DNA of 64,000 nt from Oscillospiraceae bacterium (lineage in GTDB: Bacteria > Bacillota > Clostridia > UBA1212), in contig SVJA01000004.1 of assembly GCA_015069195.1 (NCBI GenBank), forward strand, positions 10,978 to 74,977. Reading direction: 5' to 3'. The first letter of the stretch is position 1, and each line of letters starts with the position of its first letter. Shown piece by piece: positions 58,521 through 64,000 of the stretch. Position numbers and translations under genes: made by a program. The notes beneath the pieces were generated by a model. It worked only from the letters and a program-made list of their open reading frames with translations, had not been told where the DNA came from and ran no database searches.

Positions 58521-59387
58521 ATGAAAGCATGCCTTGCGAGAATTAAAGAAAGACCTATATTGATAGTCTTTATATTGTTTTCTACGTTGTTCTTCTGTGC
58601 AGCAGAACAGTTTAATCCGATAATCAGAGAGTATGGTTCTATGAGCAAGCTGCTCGAAGGTGACGGATATGTTGATTTGTTATCTGATTTTGCACATTGG
58701 TTGGCGACACATGTATCTTCGCCGCTCGTGGTACTGATAACCGTGGTTGTTGCAATTGTGTTCCTTTTTGCCGTATCAGCCGTAATCGGAATTTTCTTTT
58801 CAGGATATTCACATGTTCTGTATCTTTCACTTATAGATCATGCTCCTAAAAAAGGTGAGTTTAAGGTCGGTATAAATAAAAACTTCCTTAAAGTTACACT
58901 TTACTTTACATGTACATTCATTTTTTCGATACTGTTTGTAGTACTTGCTGCATATTCACTTATCCCTGCAGCTATGACTATAAAACAGCTTCTTGCGGCA
59001 GGAGATACGAGCGTTATTGTAAGATTGGTATTCCTTTGCATATTGACAGCGGTTGTGCTTTTCTTTGCTACCGTATTTTTCGCAATGTACCTTTCATTCG
59101 TGCTTCCGGGCCTTATCGGATTTAAGCGCGGTGGTGTAGGTGTTTCGATAAAGATGGTAAACGGTTACTGCTGGTATCTTATCCCCAGAACTCTTGCATA
59201 TCTTTTGGTTATGGCAGGTATCATAGTACTTATGCTTTTGCTCGGATACGGTGAAGCTACAGGTATTTCCGCAGTGATATTCCTTGCACTGAATACTATA
59301 TTGAAATTTTTTGCAAACTTTATATATATTTACTATGTATTCTCAACATTCATTGCGATGAAAGAAGATATGTTTGCTGCAGAGTGA
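58521..59387 (+). CDS. Polytopic membrane protein of unknown function
   Basis: Six or more hydrophobic segments. No catalytic motif recognised. Confidence 0.6.
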   Translation: MKACLARIKERPILIVFILFSTLFFCAAEQFNPIIREYGSMSKLLEGDGYVDLLSDFAHWLATHVSSPLVVLITVVVAIVFLFAVSAVIGIFFSGYSHVLYLSLIDHAPKKGEFKVGINKNFLKVTLYFTCTFIFSILFVVLAAYSLIPAAMTIKQLLAAGDTSVIVRLVFLCILTAVVLFFATVFFAMYLSFVLPGLIGFKRGGVGVSIKMVNGYCWYLIPRTLAYLLVMAGIIVLMLLLGYGEATGISAVIFLALNTILKFFANFIYIYYVFSTFIAMKEDMFAAE

Positions 59388-59412
59388 TTTTTAGAAGAAT
59401 ATTGATTGATGA

Positions 59413-59444
59413 CGCCCCTCGCAGAGGTTGCGAGGGGCGTTTTG
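59413..59444 (+). terminator. Intrinsic terminator
   Basis: CGCCCCTCGCagaggttGCGAGGGGCG followed by TTTTG. Confidence 0.8.
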
Positions 59445-59506
59445 TATACAAAACAGCCGCTGACTGTTTTGAAAGTCAGCAGCTGCTAAATTTTATAGAA
59501 TATAAC

Positions 59507-59998
59507 TTAGTTACCGTCCATATTGTCAGATACTGTAAGTATACAAAACACCGATATTCCCAATCCTTGACCGAATGCCGTGAGGCCTTCGCCGGTGGTG
59601 GCGGTGATGCCGATATCGTTTTTTGTTACAGAAAGAAGTTCTGCGATTTTTCCTTTCATTTCATCGATTTTCGGGGACATCTTGGGGACAAGACATTCGA
59701 TTGTTATTGAAAGATGATTTATTTTGTAGGGCGTTTTGGCAAGGTCGTCGAGTGCGACTTTCAGATATGCAGAGGAATCAATGATGCCGCTCTTGCAAAT
59801 GTCGTCTGCAACCTTTCCCAAAATGTTTCTGCCGGTGATTCCGGAAACTGCATTTGTTATAGCGTGAAGTACTACGTCGCCGTCGCTGTTTGCGCGGAGT
59901 CCTGTGCTCCCCGGAAATTCAACACCGCCCAAAATCAGCGGTTTAGCAGTTTCTTTATCAAATGCGTGAGAGTCCTGTCCTATGGAACATTTGACCAT
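59507..59998 (-). CDS. ispF: 2-C-methyl-D-erythritol 2,4-cyclodiphosphate synthase
   Basis: IGQDSHAF, HSDGDVVLHA, TTTEGL-like blocks. Confidence 0.88.
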   Translation of the reverse strand: MVKCSIGQDSHAFDKETAKPLILGGVEFPGSTGLRANSDGDVVLHAITNAVSGITGRNILGKVADDICKSGIIDSSAYLKVALDDLAKTPYKINHLSITIECLVPKMSPKIDEMKGKIAELLSVTKNDIGITATTGEGLTAFGQGLGISVFCILTVSDNMDGN

Positions 59999-60016
59999 TT
60001 TATTGCCTCCCGAAAA

Positions 60017-60469
60017 TCAGTTGTTGCCTGTGTGACCAAAGCCGCCGCCTCTGTTTTCGCCGATAGCGGAAACATCGTCAACAACTTCGAATTCCATCAT
60101 AGGAACTTTCTGGAGTACGAACTGTGCAACTCTGTCGTCCTTTGCAATAGCAAAGCTTTCTGTGGCAGAAGTGTTTGTGAGAATGATACCTACTTCGTCA
60201 CGGTAACCTGCGTCAATTGTACCGGGTGCATTTGCAACTCGGATGGGAGTTTTGAATGACATACCGGAGCGCGGTCTTACCTGTATTTCGTAGCCTACCG
60301 GAATCGCAACTTTGAGTCCTGTGGGAATGATTTTTGTTTCGCCGGGAGCGAGTGTTATATCAATGGCAGCACGCACATCCATACCTGCGTCGCCGGGTTT
60401 TGCATAAAAGGGAAGTGATACGCCTTCTCTGCAAATTTCAATAGCAACTTTTACTTTTTCCTGATTCAT
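60017..60469 (-). CDS. dut: dUTP diphosphatase
   Basis: AGYDL-type and RSG, GxIDxGYRG motifs (PRSGMSFKT, GTIDAGYRDEVGIIL). Confidence 0.9.
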   Translation of the reverse strand: MNQEKVKVAIEICREGVSLPFYAKPGDAGMDVRAAIDITLAPGETKIIPTGLKVAIPVGYEIQVRPRSGMSFKTPIRVANAPGTIDAGYRDEVGIILTNTSATESFAIAKDDRVAQFVLQKVPMMEFEVVDDVSAIGENRGGGFGHTGNN

Positions 60470-60493
60470 TTTTATTTCCTGCCTTTCATTTAA

Positions 60494-61288
60494 TTATCTG
60501 TAATCGTTTAAAATATTATATCTCAAAATACAATCTCCTGAAATATGTTTTTTTACATATTCTTCGTCAATTTCAATGTTTTTCGCAGAAAGTACAAGGT
60601 TTTGACAGTCAAGAGGCAATCCTATGAGCGGAAATTCGTTTCCTGCATTGTCGGTAATAGTGTATCCTGCCGTGCCGTTTTTGCCGCACTTACCGCAATG
60701 ATATTTCGGGTCGTCTGTTATGAAGCAATGTTCGCTTCTCATCACAATAACTTTGCCGCCGACAATTATCTCGGGCAGTATCGTTCCGTCCGGTAGCTTG
60801 CAAACTGCGTTTGCAAGCCGGATTTGTTCCGCCGCTTCCGGCTCGGGCGAAAACGTTATGCTGTTAAGGCCGGAAGCGGCCCAAAATGCGGCGCTTTCAG
60901 CGTTAAACACATTCAGACTGTAATCGCCGCATAAAAACTTGTCGGATTTATTTCCGGCGGCTTTGCCGCCGGGAGTGCCAGTTGCTGTCAAAATTCCATC
61001 GAGAAACGGCAGGTCGCCTATATTTTCAATCAAGAAACCGTCTGCCGTTTCGCAAACGGCGTCAAACTTATTTGCAAAATCAGTTCTTGCATTGCCTTTG
61101 TTTATATACGGCAATACAGCAACTTTTTCACACGGCATATCTGCGATGAGTCGGGTAATGTCGCTGGTCGTAAAAGCATTGTACGGAAGATATATTCGCA
61201 TTGCCTCTTCAAGGAAAGTGTTGTTTTTCGAGACGCACATTGATTTGAAAGTTTCAATACTGTAAAAGTAAAAAGATTTGTAAATCAT
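60494..61288 (-). CDS. Hypothetical protein (264 aa), likely the separately encoded C-terminal (DUF3656-like) partner of the upstream U32 peptidase
   Basis: The ATG immediately follows the U32 gene stop (TAAATG). Cys pairs HCGKCGKNG. No RBS other than AAGGGG. Confidence 0.55.
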   Translation of the reverse strand: MIYKSFYFYSIETFKSMCVSKNNTFLEEAMRIYLPYNAFTTSDITRLIADMPCEKVAVLPYINKGNARTDFANKFDAVCETADGFLIENIGDLPFLDGILTATGTPGGKAAGNKSDKFLCGDYSLNVFNAESAAFWAASGLNSITFSPEPEAAEQIRLANAVCKLPDGTILPEIIVGGKVIVMRSEHCFITDDPKYHCGKCGKNGTAGYTITDNAGNEFPLIGLPLDCQNLVLSAKNIEIDEEYVKKHISGDCILRYNILNDYR

Positions 61289-62842
61289 TTATCTGCGCCC
61301 CTTTCTTATGTCGGAAAGATTTTGAACAGCATTTCTGCGAAGTGATTTAATCACTGAAAAGGGTACAAAACTTTTGCCGTCGGTTTGAATTTCTGCCGAA
61401 ATCATATTGTAAGGAGTTCCGCCGAGTTCCGAAAGCTTCTTTTTAACATTTTCTATGTCAATTCCTTTGTCGGAAAAATCGCACGGTATGTCGCTTTCTG
61501 TCGTAACCTTGTTGCCGTCATTGTCGCAAAGTGTAAAAATACATTTTTGGCCGCAAAAAACTTGAAGAGTGCCTGAAACCGGAACTTTTCTGAGTTCTGT
61601 ATCGGGCGCATAGTATTTGCTGTAATTTTTCATAAGTTGCGCATCGTAATTTTTGTAGAACCGGAGGCCTTCTTTGTAGTTTGGTGCTTTTCCTGCAACG
61701 GTAATTTCTGTTTTGTTGCCTTTGGGTATTATAACATTTATGACGCCGCCGAAGTCTCCGCCTTCAAATGTGATGCCGTCGCCCTGAGAAAGACAATCCG
61801 AAAAAAGTGAAACTTCCGCTTTGAATATGCTGACAGGTCCTTTGACTTTCTGCGTAGGTGCAAGCAATTTGCCGGCTAAAATGCCTTGGTGACCGGGTTT
61901 GTTTTCCGTGATGCTGTCAAGTGACATCTTTCCGAGTTGGTGTCCGCTCGTAAAACCGCCGCGCGAAAAAATGACGCCGAGCTCTGCCATATCCTTGTCG
62001 GTACAGATTTCATATGAGTTTTTGCTGTTTGCAACAGCCGTAACAGCATTTTTATATTTTTCGGTAACGATTGCGGTGTACTCAGGTGATTTTAAGCGAC
62101 CTTCTATTTTGAGAGAATCGACACCTGTTTCAATAAGTTTTTCAATGTATGAAAGGCTGCAAAGGTCTGCCGGACTCATTCTCGGTGAGAATCGTAAATT
62201 TTTCCTGTTGTCAATTTTTGATGAATCCGGAACATTCAAATTGTAATTAAGTCTGCAAGGTTGTGAACAGGTTCCGCGGTTACCGCTTCTGCCTGTTAAA
62301 AATCTGCTCATCATACATTGACCGGAGTAAGAGATACAAAGTGCTCCGTGACAGAATACCTCTGTTTCCATAATGTTTGCATTGCAAATTTCGGCAATTT
62401 CTTCTAACGAAAGTTCGCGGGCCAGAACGGCACGGGTGAAACCGAGTTGCTTCAAAAATTTAAGTCCGTCAATGTTATAAACGGTAAGTTGCGTGCTTGC
62501 GTGGAGCTGCGCTTTTATTTTCCCGTAAAGTCTTTTTGCGATGCCTATGTCCTGAACGATAAATGCGTCAACGCCCAGAGCGTCTGCTCGCAGAGCCATT
62601 TCAACGGCATCATCAATTTCACTGTCCGAAATAAGTGTGTTAAGTGTGATATATACTTTAACACCGCGAATGTGGGCATAAAAAACACACTCCGCCAATG
62701 TTTCAAAAGTGAAATTATCGGCGGATATTCTTGCGTTGTATTTAGGCAAACCGATGTAAACCGCATCGGCTCCTGCCTGTGCCGCAGCTTTGAATGAATT
62801 AACGCCGCCGGCAGGTGAAAGAATTTCGGGAAATTTTTTCAT
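61289..62842 (-). CDS. U32 family peptidase (collagenase-like)
   Basis: N-terminal ILSPAGGVNSFKAAAQAGADAVYIG, conserved E..CxSYSGQC block. Confidence 0.85.
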   Translation of the reverse strand: MKKFPEILSPAGGVNSFKAAAQAGADAVYIGLPKYNARISADNFTFETLAECVFYAHIRGVKVYITLNTLISDSEIDDAVEMALRADALGVDAFIVQDIGIAKRLYGKIKAQLHASTQLTVYNIDGLKFLKQLGFTRAVLARELSLEEIAEICNANIMETEVFCHGALCISYSGQCMMSRFLTGRSGNRGTCSQPCRLNYNLNVPDSSKIDNRKNLRFSPRMSPADLCSLSYIEKLIETGVDSLKIEGRLKSPEYTAIVTEKYKNAVTAVANSKNSYEICTDKDMAELGVIFSRGGFTSGHQLGKMSLDSITENKPGHQGILAGKLLAPTQKVKGPVSIFKAEVSLFSDCLSQGDGITFEGGDFGGVINVIIPKGNKTEITVAGKAPNYKEGLRFYKNYDAQLMKNYSKYYAPDTELRKVPVSGTLQVFCGQKCIFTLCDNDGNKVTTESDIPCDFSDKGIDIENVKKKLSELGGTPYNMISAEIQTDGKSFVPFSVIKSLRRNAVQNLSDIRKGRR

Positions 62843-62862
62843 ATCAAACGTTTTTTATATAA

Positions 62863-63213
62863 TCAGAAACGATTTGTACGTCTTTTGAGTTCTTCGTTTT
62901 GTCTGAGGAGTGAATTAACCTGCTCCTGCAAATCCTGATAGTCTGTTTTAAGTCTGTCGTACTCTTCAACCATTCTGGAAGCATCGTTTGAAAGGGATGT
63001 AAAACTTTGCTGTGCTTTGAAAAGCTCATCAGTTACAGCAAGTGCCGCCATAGCGGTAGCTGTCTGTTCGCCGAGCTGGATTCCGTTTGTGGAGGCTGCT
63101 GCAATTTTTGTGTTGAGATAATGCTCAATTTGCTTTATATACTCTTCGTTTTCGTCATGAAGAATGGTGTAATATTTCTGACCGATTCTAACTTTGATTT
63201 TCTTCTTTTCCAT
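62863..63213 (-). CDS. zapA: Cell division protein ZapA
   Basis: Start MEKKKIKVRIGQKYYTI with RBS GGAGGT; ZapA N-terminal fold plus C-terminal coiled coil. Confidence 0.8.
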   Translation of the reverse strand: MEKKKIKVRIGQKYYTILHDENEEYIKQIEHYLNTKIAAASTNGIQLGEQTATAMAALAVTDELFKAQQSFTSLSNDASRMVEEYDRLKTDYQDLQEQVNSLLRQNEELKRRTNRF

Positions 63214-63373
63214 AATGACCTCCGCGAAACACAAACCGTGAAATTATATAGTAAAACTATATGGATAAATATAACAGAAAAAGAGGTATTTGTAAAATAT
63301 AAACGGTATATTGTGAGGAGAAGTGCGCATGTGATATAATTTCAGTATAAAAAGGGCGATTTTTGAGGAGTGA

Positions 63374-63832
63374 GTGAAATTGAAAAACAATATGAGAAAA
63401 GTATTTTTAATTTTCTTTATAATTTCCTTTTTTGCAATGGGTGTAACATTCATTTGTAGTGCATCTATGTCAAAAGATTTGGTTTTGCTCATCCCGGGTG
63501 GCATTGCCCTTATAGGTGCAATTTTTAGTGTTGTTTTACTATGCAAAAAACAATCAGAATACCGTGTTATCAACGAAGAATTGGTTGTCACATATAACGG
63601 AAAGGATGTAAGCCGGTTAAAAAAGGATGATATATGTTCTTTGAAATTTGTGTATGACGCTTTTGATGAGAGTTTGTATATGATACGATTTAGTGTACAA
63701 AACAAACGACACAACATTGTAATAAATCCTGAAAACAGGAGTGATATGTTGCTTTTTTTTGAAAACCATACAAAAACGATCTCTCGTAACTTGATATACT
63801 ACTTAGTAATGTTTCTGACAGGTTTGCAATAA
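63374..63832 (+). CDS. Hypothetical small membrane protein
   Basis: Two TM segments at the N-terminus. No homology recognised. Confidence 0.45.
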   Translation: MKLKNNMRKVFLIFFIISFFAMGVTFICSASMSKDLVLLIPGGIALIGAIFSVVLLCKKQSEYRVINEELVVTYNGKDVSRLKKDDICSLKFVYDAFDESLYMIRFSVQNKRHNIVINPENRSDMLLFFENHTKTISRNLIYYLVMFLTGLQ

Positions 63833-64000
63833 CAATTAAACTTTGTAAATTATTTATGAATTTATGTAAACCACTATGAGTATAAACCAAGGAAATCTGA
63901 TATCGAGCAGATTTCCTGTTTATACTCATATGGTTTTTTATCTTCTCATATCCGTGCTTATATTGCTGTTGTTGTTTTCGGGAATTAAATGACTTGCATC

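Overview
This 64 kb window is a low-GC Firmicutes (Clostridia-like, spore-former) chromosomal segment that is densely coding on both strands. Identifiable housekeeping content: the str operon (rpsL-rpsG-fusA-tuf, each promoter and terminator readable), a PucR-type regulator, ftsEX with an S41 C-terminal processing peptidase, a BMP-family nucleoside ABC importer, an amino-acid ABC importer, pckA, sbcDC, a CotS-like / LysM-protein sporulation pair, adhE, a [FeFe]-hydrogenase-like gene, a FnlB/FnlC-type UDP-sugar pair, a second SbcCD-like (YhaO/YhaN-type) pair, dapF, dusB, ispF, dut, a U32 peptidase and zapA. Two things stand out beyond that. (1) Positions 544-10773 hold an expanded SipW/TasA-type locus: four small paralogous secreted proteins whose signal peptides end in an A/S/T-W-F/Y/V/I motif, an ER-type (S26B, GSMEP motif) SipW signal peptidase, and a 2023-aa leucine-rich-repeat protein with the same signal type and a TasA-like N-terminus. 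It sits immediately upstream of rpsL. (2) A repeated composite element built as long hairpin / sigma-A promoter / ~95-nt RNA / terminator. The copy at 28771-28973 overlaps convergently with a 27-aa hydrophobic peptide gene (MSTYETLMITLNILELIFIIFYKSQQK) that resembles the B. subtilis type I toxin BsrG, so the pair looks like a BsrG/SR4-like type I toxin-antitoxin module. A second RNA copy at 52726-52824 has no intact toxin. A third, internally deleted copy with a truncated toxin remnant lies beside tRNA-Leu(CAG), together with a degenerate duplicate of the tRNA 3' end, which is consistent with a decayed integration site. No CRISPR array, transposase or rRNA was found. All calls are from reading the sequence and ORF track without database searches.
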